Assembly: GCA_002633005.1 (NCBI GenBank)
Contig: NMRA01000242.1
Location: 186,001-250,000, forward strand
Direction: 5' to 3'
Origin: Phoronis australis
Taxonomy: Eukaryota; Animalia; Phoronida
Length of the DNA stretch: 64,000 nucleotides
Shown here: positions 49,801-61,800 of the stretch, piece after piece
How positions within the stretch are numbered: the stretch's first letter is position 1
Layout: each line of letters opens with the position of its first letter
Notes under the pieces: model-generated
Database searches by the model: none
What the model saw: the letters and a program-made list of their open reading frames with translations, nothing else
Told to the model about the DNA's origin: nothing
Made by a program: the position numbers and the translations under genes

Positions 49801-52800
49801 ACTGAATGTGCAATGTTTCGCACCAGACGATATTTTCTAAACCAATCACAAAAGTTTTGAACAATTATTCATTGCATGTGTCTGTGAACATGTACCACCG
49901 TACTGCATGCGAAAAGACCTCCAGGCTCGACTGTGCCTTGAGTATTATCGTCAGCTCAACATGCTACGAAGTCAGTGCAGATCACCATGTCCGCAAAAAA
50001 CAACACGCCTTACAACTTCCAGTATAAATTCCACGGTCCCTTGAATAAGACATTGTCATTCTTTGGAACAACGCAGTAAAAAAAANGTTCAACTTAATCC
50101 ATCCAATTGTTACAGACAGTTCTACAATAGGCCGATAACTCTGATTGACTCTTGCCACGCCCCTCGCCTCAGTCAATACTGTTGACATGTAATAGCGCCT
50201 TCCTCATTGCCCCACAATATACAATCATAGAATTGAACTTCCTCTTACCTTTCTTGCCTACTGGGACTTGGAAACTTGGTCTCGCACAATGTGATTAAAG
50301 TTCGCGTTTATCACTATTGCAGTGTCCATATAACAAAAATGTTACTGAATCAAGTCAAGCTTTCCTGCCTAAACAGCAGCCGTCACACCATCTAGTACCA
50401 CTGTGTCACATATCTCCAGCTCATACTACCCCTCCACACCCACACTGACCCTCCTCACCCACCCTGCACAACCACCCTCCACACCAATCAACAAAAACTC
50501 ACCTCCTTCTTCCAGTGCTTAATCTTCATCTGACTGTCCTTCACTACTGTCTCATACTTTTCCAGCTCATGTTTAACTTCAATGTGACCCTTCTGGAGGT
50601 CATTTTCCTCCTTCTCAAGGTCAGCTACAGCTGTCTTCACTTCCTCAAGAGCTGCCTCTGACTCTTTCATACGTTCCTAAGTGAAGTAAGGAGACACAAC
50701 ATGATGTTCTGTATTCTGGAGCAGCATTGTCTGAGAGAAGAGTCTTCACATAACACTACACCTGAGCTGACTGGTACATCATATGAGCCCTTAGACATGC
50801 AAACTATACGTTAAAGGAACTCTGGTTTATAGAAATTCTACAAATGATATTTCCTGACTGAAATGACAATTAACACACATTTTAACTGAAAACGTATGGA
50901 GACTATGCAAAGGGTGACAAAATAAAATCTTTAAGAGAAAACATTGTTTTGGAAGCACACACACACACGTCATACAGGATCCACCAAAAGCTCACCTGTA
51001 CCGACTGGAATGCCTCCAACACTTTGGTCGCATCTTCTTCCAGTTTCTTGAACAGCTTCTCCAGTTCCCCAATAGAGGTCTCATTCTCAGTTATCTCCTC
51101 CTCCAGAGACTTCACTTTGTCTTCTGCCTTCTTCTGGTTTCTATAACACAGAACTCAGTGTTAATCAAACAACGATCAAGATGTTTACGCAAATAACACT
51201 GTCCCATATTTAAGAAAACAGAAACTTGTAAGCATTAAACCAACGTTTACAGGAAGTAGAAAGGGTAGAGTAAACAACAGTACCGTGTACTGATCATATA
51301 ACCTGACAATGCCTCATTAGACATGGGACACAACACACTACAGTGCAACTGACCTCTGGGCAGTCTTGACGGCCACTCCAGCCTTAGTGATCTGACCAGT
51401 CACCTGATCAATCAAGTTACTGACGTGGTCGACCTTCTTCTGAGCCGTGCTCATCTTGGCTGTGGTCAGGTCCATGATCTGTTTGTGAAGAGCATCGACA
51501 CAATCTTTGACCACTTGGGCAGCATCAGCAGCCTTAGTGTAATCTACAATACAGCACAGAACTTTAATAGTGCTGTGGGAATCTACAGTTCCACTGGAGT
51601 CACATAAGTATACCTTTGGTTCCATATTAGTTTTTTGACAGAAACAATCAAGAAAAGAAAAAACAAAACACAAAACTTGTATAAATCTTTGCTAATCAGG
51701 TATCGTCTTAAGAGACAAAGGTATCAAAATGTTAATTTCAGTCCTTTGCACATGATTGGGTAGTACAAGGGTCTCACTGCCACAAACTTAACCCCAGTGC
51801 TTTGCCAGGGAATAGAGGAAATTTGCATCTCTGCAGATGGCAAGTGTCAAGAGTCCTTGCAACACATCCATGCTCTTTTCCTGAAGATACCCACCTTCTC
51901 CAGTTGCCATAGCTCCTTAGTTGCCTTCCAATACCCACCAGACCACACATCAACCAACCTTTCTTGAATGAATTCACCTTCTGCAGCTGCTGAAGCTCTT
52001 TAGTAGACCAGCCTTCCAGTACCCATCAGAAAACATGACCCTAGACACCCACATACCCTACTTACCTTTCTTGAATGCGTCCACCTTCTTCTGCAGTTGC
52101 TGAAGCTCTTTAGCATCTGGTGCTGCAGCCTTCACTCTCTCTACCTGCTCCTTTTCTTGAACCTGCAGGCTGGACAGTTGTTCTTCCAGATGCTGAATAA
52201 GATAAGACGAATTTAATACTGCCACAACTATAACAGAGAACACCACTCTGGCAAAACTATGTCGTATCAGTCAGTCGATGCATCTGTACCAGACAAACAA
52301 AAGAATTTAGTTTCAAGTGCAGAGTATCACCAACCTCACCCAGAACAATGTATCAGATTAGCTCACTACATTTACAAAACAATGTCTGTGCTGTCAGTTT
52401 CTGTAAACTGGTGATGTGTAGGATGACGACTCCAGAGTCATGTTGCCCCCAGTATCAAACTTATTTTGTCACTAAATTGGCAGTCTATATTTTTAGAACA
52501 TGACAATTTTCAAAACCAACTCGACTAGAGAGTGTGTTAATTTTCTCCTTCAACTCTGGGGCCAGGTTGACCACTGTCTCACAACGCCCCACCCTCCACT
52601 CACCTTAACCTCCATGTTGTACTTCTCTTGAGTATGTTTCATCTCCTTCAACTCCTTGGTCATCTTGACCACTGTCTCATCCAGCTCTTCACGTCTCTCA
52701 CGTACAGCATGTATGTCTTCAGTGTTCTAATCAACACAACATTGTCATGTAGTTAATGAATGAGGTGGGCACAGGAGCCAAAAAATAACCATCAGTTGTT

Positions 52801-55800
52801 AGAGAACTATGAGACATTTTTACATTTACTTTAAAATTTTGTTCAAAGGTGAAAGTAAAGAAGCTCAGTCAAAAGTGTGTTAGAGTTTTATGCTGTCAAT
52901 ACTTCTTCTTGTACCTCAAAAAAACGGCCTTGACATTTGATTTACTTTAAAAGCTAATGAGTGCTTTAATGGTGCAACAGGTGACTACCGTTATCCACAT
53001 TGTGTAGAAGTACGCAGTTTCTTGTCACAAAAATGGTAATAGAACTATTTATGGTCCGCATTACACGATCAACGCTGGCTGTCGTACCACACACATGTAC
53101 AGTGCATATGTTTGAGCCAGACTCGTGGTCCGCACTACACGATCAACGCTGGCTGTCGTACCACACATGTACAGTGCATATGTTTGAGCCAGACTCGTGG
53201 TCCGCATTACACGATCAACACTGGCTGTCGTACCACACACATGTACAGTGCATATGTTTGAGCCAGACTCGTGGTCCGCATTACATGATCAACGCTGGCT
53301 GTCGTACCACACACATGTAAAGTGCATATGTTTGAGCCAGACTCGTGGTCCGCATTACACGATCAACGCTGGCTGTCGTAACACACACATGTACAGTGCA
53401 TAGCTTTCAGCCAGACTAATGGGCATCACAACTCAACAAATGAAGAGGAAGTCATTTCTGACTGAATGAGAAACGGACAACCTGGCAGAATAATTTCACA
53501 AATGTCAAAAGACGAATCTCTGATTACAAATGACACTTTATTGCAAAAATCGATTGACAAATGACAAAATATCACTTAATTAACAAAAGGAAGTATAAGT
53601 TAACCCTAGTCCTACTAACCCCTGGCTTCTCCGGTTTCAACATTCCAGTCTTTCTGGCTAACCCCAGAGGTCTCCGGCTGCCTAGCACTGATCTAAGTAG
53701 GTCAAACTCAATTCAAAAATAACAACCAATCAGAAAATTTAAAAGGACCTAGTTAGGCTGCGTTGCTTCAGACAAGGCATAAGGTCCCAAGTATTCATGA
53801 AAGACTGTTTGTGATTGGCTAATTGAGCAATATTGGTCTAGGATTCCATATTGAGCATGGGATTTTCCAGTCTTCCTTCACACCGGTAACTTATCTTGAT
53901 TTACCTGTTGTTCTGAGGCCTCTTGTTTGAAATGGACACTTGATACTGATTTCAGAACACTTCTACCCTTATTTTAATTGACATATGCTCATTTTTTTTT
54001 GGTTGTGTTTATTTGCATGAGATAAGAATATTGAAAACTGCTGTATTTTACACCATTACCGGTGTTCCATTGGTCATCAGCAGCATATATCATAATTATC
54101 TTCCTGATTTATATGATAGAGATGAAGCTGATTTTATGAGCTTCACAATGATGTATAATACATGGTATATAAATCAAACTGGTTTGTTAAATCTTTGATT
54201 AAAACAATTGAGTGTGTTAATATTGAGCTAGACATAAAAATAGCCACCCAGCTGGTCAGGACACTGTTTACAGTGTATAGCACTACAAAGGTTAAGTTTG
54301 TCGGCTATTTTTTGCATAGAAAACATTTGTTTTTACGTTTACGGCCGTACAGCACTCACCTTGTTTAGTTTCTTCTCCATCTCCTGCAGTTGCTTAGGGT
54401 TGACATTGTCCACTACAGCTGAACCCATGCGACCCTTGGACACCTTACTGCCCCCACCACTCATGGTACCTGTGAAGCCACAACCAACCATTCACTATTT
54501 AGTATTAAGGAAGCAGGAGGATACAGATGGACCATATTAACAGTTTTAGAGAGATGTGCTCTTTGTAACAGGCATTGAAATATATGTCTATTATACAAAC
54601 TGGTGTGAATAGAACAGTTCCAGTCTTCCATCTATCTCCCGTTTGTATGAATACAACATCTCCAGTCACCCATCTATTTCCCGTTTGTAAGAATAGAACA
54701 GCTCCAGTCATCCATCTATCTCAGGTTAATACTTTGGTATTTGGTAAAAAAAGGAAACGTGATGAGAACATGTATATTTTTAGGAAAAACTGAAAAACTG
54801 AATTTTTAGAGAAAAAATGGAAGATTGTTGTAATGTTACCTGAGGTCTCGATGAGTTGCCCCTGCAGGGACACCACCCTGTACCTCTGCTTGCCATACGA
54901 GATCCTGGTGGCTTGCTCCAAATCCTTGGCCACCAGTGTATCTCTCAGGGCATGGTAGAACACAGTCAAAAGCTTCTCATCCTGGACTGTGATCAGGTCA
55001 AACAGACGCGGCACATTCTCAGGCCTACGGTTCAAAGAACACATGGGGTTAAATGTCTTAAAAGTGCAAATTATTTGATACACCTATCCACTGTAGTATA
55101 CGCCCATTGCTATGTAACTGAGGAGCACAACTCGTGCATAAACTCATAAGTTTGTACGACACATTCTATGAGCATGAACTGTAAGCCTTCATCTTTCTAG
55201 GTAGCGTTGCATTAATCGCCCTAAAGACAGGATATAAGCAAGAGCCAGTCATGGATTAGATACAAACGAGTCCCCAAGCAGATGGCAACATCAGGCTCTC
55301 TGCTCCAATCCACTTTGTCATTGTCCCATTGTTTATTACGTTGACATGGTGTCACACTATATCATACTACTACTAACTGTTAAGTCCACACATTTTACAC
55401 ACCAATCTATATTTTGCTACAATGACATGTTCACATTCATGTTTTTGAAATCCTGCGTACTTATTTGTTGAACCAACTTGTTTCATGATAGAGCTTTTTG
55501 CACATCCAATACCTCCACTCCTTTACCACCTAGTAAGAGTGGTAGTCACATTTTGATGACTATTCTTGTAATGTAATCTTTGCTACGATATTTTCAGTCA
55601 AAATAATGCACGTGCACACACGTTATCATTTTTTTCTGCTAACAAACCTACATCAATCCAACGGACTCTATTCTTGTGTTGCTTTCATAACTACACTGCA
55701 ACTGCGCACATGTATCTATTTGTTTAAAATTAAGAAATAAATACACGGACCTCAACGTTGGACTCGAATGCTATTTTACAATCGCGGAAAATGTACATGT

Positions 55801-58800
55801 AGACATGTCGAACCTGATCTTGGTTTTGAGTCTTTCCTGTCCAGCAGGGCTTGGAATGACCAATGCCAAAAAGAGGAAAACTTTCTAGATGATGTATCAT
55901 TCCATAAATAAATAGGCCTGTGAGAAAAAAATGTTGTTTTTGTGTTGTAATATTTAAGTTTAATAAACGTTTTTGCATGAATAAGGTCAAAATGATAANC
56001 AAGCTGGCAGGATAATTTCACAATTGTCAAAACATGAATCTCTGATTAATTACAAATGACACTTTATTGCAAAAATCGATTGACAAATGACAAAATATCA
56101 CTTAATTAGCAAAAGGAAGTATAAGTTAAGTTTGTCGGCTATTTTTTGCATAGAAAACTTTTGTTTTTAGGTTTACGGCCGTACAGCACTCACCTTGTTT
56201 AGTTTCTTCTCCATCTCCTGCAGTTCCTTAGGGTTGACATTGTCCACCACAGCTGAACCCATGCGACCCTTGGACACCTTACTGCCCCCACCACTCATGG
56301 TACCTGTGAAGCCACAACCAACCATTCACTATTTAGTATTAAGGAAGCAGGAGGATACACATGGACCATATTAACAGTTTTAGAGAGAAGTGCTCTTTGT
56401 AACAGGCATTAAAATATATGACTATTATACAAACTGGTGTGAATAGAACAGTTCCAGTCTTCCATCTATCTCCCATTTGTATGAATACAACATCTCCAGT
56501 CACCCATCTATTTCCCGTTTGTAAGAATAGAACAGCTCCAGTCATCCATCTATCTCAGGTTAATACTTTGTTATTTGGTAAGAAAAAGGAAATGTGATGA
56601 GAACATGTATATTTTTAAGCAAAACTAAAAAACTGAATTTTTAGAGGAAAAATGGAAGATTGCTGTAACGTTACCTGAGGTCTCGATGAGTTGCCCCTGC
56701 AGGGACACCACCCTGTACCTCTGCTTGCCATACGAGATCCTGGTGGCTTGCTCCAAATCCTTAGCCACCAGTGTATCTCGCAGGGCATGGTAGAACACAG
56801 TCAAAAGCTTCTCATCCTGGACTGTGATCAGGTCAAACAGACGCGGCACATTCTCAGGCCTACGGTTCAAAGAACACATGGGGTTAAATGTCTTAAAAGT
56901 GCAAATTATTTGATACACCTATCCACTGTAGTATACGCCCATTGCTATGTAACTGAGGAGCACAACTCGTGCATAAACTCATAAGTTTGTACGACACATT
57001 CTATGAGCATGAACTGTAAGCCTTCATCTTTCTAGGTAGCGTTGCATTAATCGCCCTAAAGACAGGATATAAGCAAGAGCCAGTCATGGATTAGATACAA
57101 ACGAGTCCCCAAGCAGATGGCAACATCAGGCTCTCTGCTCCAATCCACTTTGTCATTGTCCCATTGTTTATTACGTTGACATGGTGTCACACTATATCAT
57201 ACTACTACTAACTGTTAAGTCCACACATTTTACACACCAATCTATATTTTGCTACAATGACATGTTCACATTCATGTTTTTGAAATCCTGCGTACTTATT
57301 TGTTGAACCAACTTGTTTCATGATAGAGCTTTTTGCACATCCAATACCTCCACTCCTTTACCACCTAGTAAGAGTGGTAGTCACATTTTGATGACTATTC
57401 TTGTAATGTAATCTTTGCTACGATATTTTCAGTCAAAATAATGCACGTGCACACACGTTATCATTTTTTTCTGCTAACAAACCTACATCAATCCAACGGA
57501 CTCTATTCTTGTGTTGCTTTCATAACTACACTGCAACTGCGCACATGTATCTATTTGTTTAAAATTAAGAAATAAATACACGGACCTCAACGTTGGACTC
57601 GAATGCTATTTTACAATCGCGGAAAATGTACATGTAGACATGTCGAACCTGATCTTGGTTTTGAGTCTTTCCTGTCCAGCAGGGCTTGGAATGACCAATG
57701 CCAAAAAGAGGAAAACTTTCTAGATGATGTATCATTCCATAAATAAATAGGCCTGTGAGAAAAAAATGTTGTTTTTGTGTTGTAATATTTAAGTTTAATA
57801 AACGTTTTTGCATGAATAAGGTCAAAATGATAAAAAGAAATGAGGAAAAGAGGAAACTAGAAATCAAATAAGAGGAAATCGAAATCAAAAAAGGAAATCC
57901 TCTTGAAAGAGGAAAATTCCAAGCCTGGTCCAGGCACACAGGTTCGTCAGTATATTGGTTAATCTAGCGCTGGTGCAAGAATAGGTTGTTAATGAGGATT
58001 GAGACACATGAGAGGCACTGCTAATTTCTGAGTAGATGGGCTGATATGCAAGAATGAAACAAAAGTTTGGGTGGACTTATGGCCAAGCAGATACTGTGTT
58101 GGAGCAAGAGTTTGAGGGATTAAATGTTAGGGCTCTTTCAGCAAAATCTGTGTGGGGGGGAAGGCAACTGAAATAAAAATTTATGGGTGGTTGCGTTTGA
58201 CTTAAATTCAAAATAGCTGGTGGTCGTACTTCAAAAAAATAAAATTTACAGGTCATTGTTGTTTCATTGGGACATAAATGTTTGATGGTGGGTAATTTTA
58301 GTAAATTTTATAAACAATCTGCACAGAATCAAAAACTGAAACAAAAATGCAACTTGCAAAGAGCTCCGACTTTTTCACTCCCTCCGATCTCCTCATCGGC
58401 ATGCCCATAACACCATTTAACCACAGGTGCTCGAATTTCTCGATGGCCAATAACCATATATAAGAAACATGTTTTCTTAGTATTGAATGACGTTAGTGAT
58501 GATGGAGGAACAAATAAACTCAAGTGCCTGTGCAGTCAACCACAAGAACAAAAAAAAATACGAGTGGTTGCATTTCAAACTTATAAAAAATTACGGATGG
58601 TAGGCTGAAGAAATGAATGAAAAATATGGGTGGTGGGTGCGAAAGAAAGGTGCCTTCCCCCCCTCCCATACAGATTTTACTGGAACAGCCCTTATCTATT
58701 TACTGGTTCATTTCAGTTCCCTGTCATAAATAGCATGCCATTGAAAGTACAACCACATAATGAATCACTTGACAGTTTTGTGAGCACACTACAGCAAGAG

Positions 58801-61800
58801 AGACAACTCACGTCTGGATCTTCTTCTTGACGTGTTCCTTCCAACGCTCCATCTTGTCGATGGCGATGAACGTGGCCCAGCCGACGTTACCTTTCTTGAG
58901 AAACTCAACACACTTCTGAGCTGTGTCTATGGTGTCGCACACGATGTTGTCGAGGGGACCACATGCTGTGGAGACAGCCACGTCATACTTCTCATCAATG
59001 GCCCCAAGGTCACCCTATTGGGAAATACAAGAATAAAATACTGCAGCAACTCTTCAGCCAGACATGCACATGGTTACAGAACTCTGGGGTGTGCCTTCAT
59101 CTCAGACAACTCTTCACGTAGATATGCACATGGTTAAAGAACTCGGGTGTACCTTCATCTCAGTCAACTCCTTGTGCTCAACACCTTCGCTTTTTGCACA
59201 ATACACTACAACTGATCGAAAATTTTGGCACTGACTGGAGACAGACTAATAGTACAGAAAAGTGTCGTTAGGAGCACTTCTGTAGTGCTGAACAAAATCA
59301 CTAAAGAGTGTGCCTGTAACTCTTTATTTACTACACTCAAGATTGTTGTTAAATTACTTTTATCAATAACGTCAAGGTGTTTACATTTTATTTATGCCTT
59401 CTCCATCCAATGACCAGAATCAAGCCTAATTGCAACCGTCATAATGTGATTGGTTATAAAAACAGCAGGTCGAACCATTCTACCCCCTGTTCCGCCTGAC
59501 CCTGTCACCTACCAGGCGGCCATAAATCCCCGGAATCTTTCCAGTCCGTTTTTGCTCCATCAACGCACTGAGAACCTTGTTACGACTCTTATTGGCCTCC
59601 AAAGAACTCTTGGCTCGCTCCACCTTCACACGCATGTCTTTCAACTGCAATGAGAAGCACTGTCAATACAAACACACCAACATAGCCTCAAATAGATAAA
59701 TAAAGTCCCCTAGGGACCTTAAAAGAAGATTTGAATTCCAATCCTGTCTCATATCATATTCAGTGTGACATTCTATATCCAAAATATCTATAAACCATAC
59801 ATGACCATGGAGCCAACAGCATAAGATGACGTAGATAGTTAACCAATTCATCAATACCTCCTCATTTAACTTTGCTTCATTCACTGTGGTCTGTTCCAAG
59901 TCTGTCTGTGCCTTGGTCAGTCCATTCTCTGTCTCAGGGACCTTTTTCTGCAGATACTTGATACCACTACACACAATAAAAGATCACATGATAATGACAT
60001 CACAGCTCACACACTCAGCTACACTTCCGTGACAAAACAAAATGCCTATTCTGAATACAAAAGATAAAGACGACTTAAACAACAAGAGCAACGCAGGGCG
60101 TTGAAAAGCGCCCACAATGTGCTTCTAGGGGTGTTTATTTGGAACATAAAAATGGTCACTAGATGACTCAAAATACGTTGAATTCATCCGAAAACTGGTA
60201 TGTCACCAAAACCATTTACCAAATTTCATAAAAATCCGACAAAATCAATAGAGTGCTTTGGCAGTAATCTCTTATTTCTTGACTATAATTCACGATCAGT
60301 CCACGACTAATGGTGACCATATTATTATCTATGATTGGCCAATGACTATTGGTGCCACCCATACTATAATTTATGATCAGTACACAACTAATGGTGTCCA
60401 CATTTCAAATGACTCACTCTCTCCTCTCCGTCAACGTATTCTTGGTTGTCTGCAAGTTCTTCTGCACAGCATGCAGCTTGTCTGTCTCGCTCTTCTGATT
60501 ACTCAGGTAGATGTCCAGCTCAGACTGGGCAACATCCATCTACCAATAGTTTAGTTATTTTAGTATCCAAAACAGGAACCCTTGGGTTCAGGGTATAATT
60601 AGACCCTAAGCTGTGTTCCATTAAGGTCCACACTCCCCTGTATTTTAGTCAGACTTCATTGAAGTTTTCTTGAGCAACACGCTGTTACTAAGCTGACAGG
60701 AAAACTAAATGTCTGATACACCAAGGTCAAAACTAAATGTCTGATACACAAAGGTCAAAACTAAATGTCTAATACACCAAGGTCAAAACTAAATGTCTGA
60801 TACACCAAGGTCAAAACTAAATGCCTGATACAAAAGATCAAAACTAAATGTCTGATACATCAAGGTCTTAACTATGAAGACATACAGCATTAGTATCATC
60901 ACCATTTATTTAATTTCAGATTTATTTTCTACGTTATTTATCATCACCATCAAATACAACACTTAAATGATTATAAGCACACATACTTTTGACTTAGTCT
61001 CATTCACACTTTTCTGCATGCCCAATAATTCTGTCTCTTTGACATCCTTCTCAGCTTGCAGGCCCTGAAATCAACAAAACAATTCGTGGTTCTATGCTTT
61101 GTTATGTGTAGCAGAAACTTCAACAGTGAGAACGTATTGTTTGAATAACCCTAAAGCCAACTGTTATCCCAGAATCAAGTAGTGCCCCAAACTCCCCACA
61201 GAAGTACATAACTTTTAGGTAACCTATCACGTCAAGTAATGCAAAACCCATGCACGAACATTAAGGTATCATCTTCAAATGTTGCAAAACAATCTAAATC
61301 ACAAATTGCAAACATGAAAATTACACACAGGATGCAGTTCGTGCAAATTTCATTAACTTAATATTTCAACCCAAAACATATAAGATGCAATAAACCAACA
61401 CAACTAAAACGACAACTAATGGTGTAGTCCACGCATCATTATAAAAGTGATCTCATCTTAGTCTTTACACAGACTAAGAATGTTCTGACGGCACGAGAGA
61501 AACAGACAGGTGGTTATAGCTTACAGGTAGTTATAGCTTACACGTGGTTAAATCTTACAGGTAGTTATAGCTTACAGGTGGTTATAGCTTACAGGTGGTT
61601 ATAGCTTACAGGTGATTATAGCTTCCAGGTGGTTATAGCTTCCAGGTGGTTATAGCTTCCAGGTGGTTATAGCTTCCAGCCAGGCTCAGACGTACTTGTC
61701 AGGTAAGTTTCAGCTGACACGTTTTATTGTAACCAAATTTGATTCAATCAAAGGATATATAAGAAGGCGGCAACATTGCTTTAGAGTAAACACACGTGAT

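Noticed and set aside
53000-53403. Cys/His-rich repetitive ORFs
   Set aside because: Translation of an intronic minisatellite with frame-shifting unit lengths.
54856-59137. Plus-strand ORFs of about 100 aa opposite SMC4 (and similar ones opposite USP exons)
   Set aside because: Antisense shadows of real coding exons.
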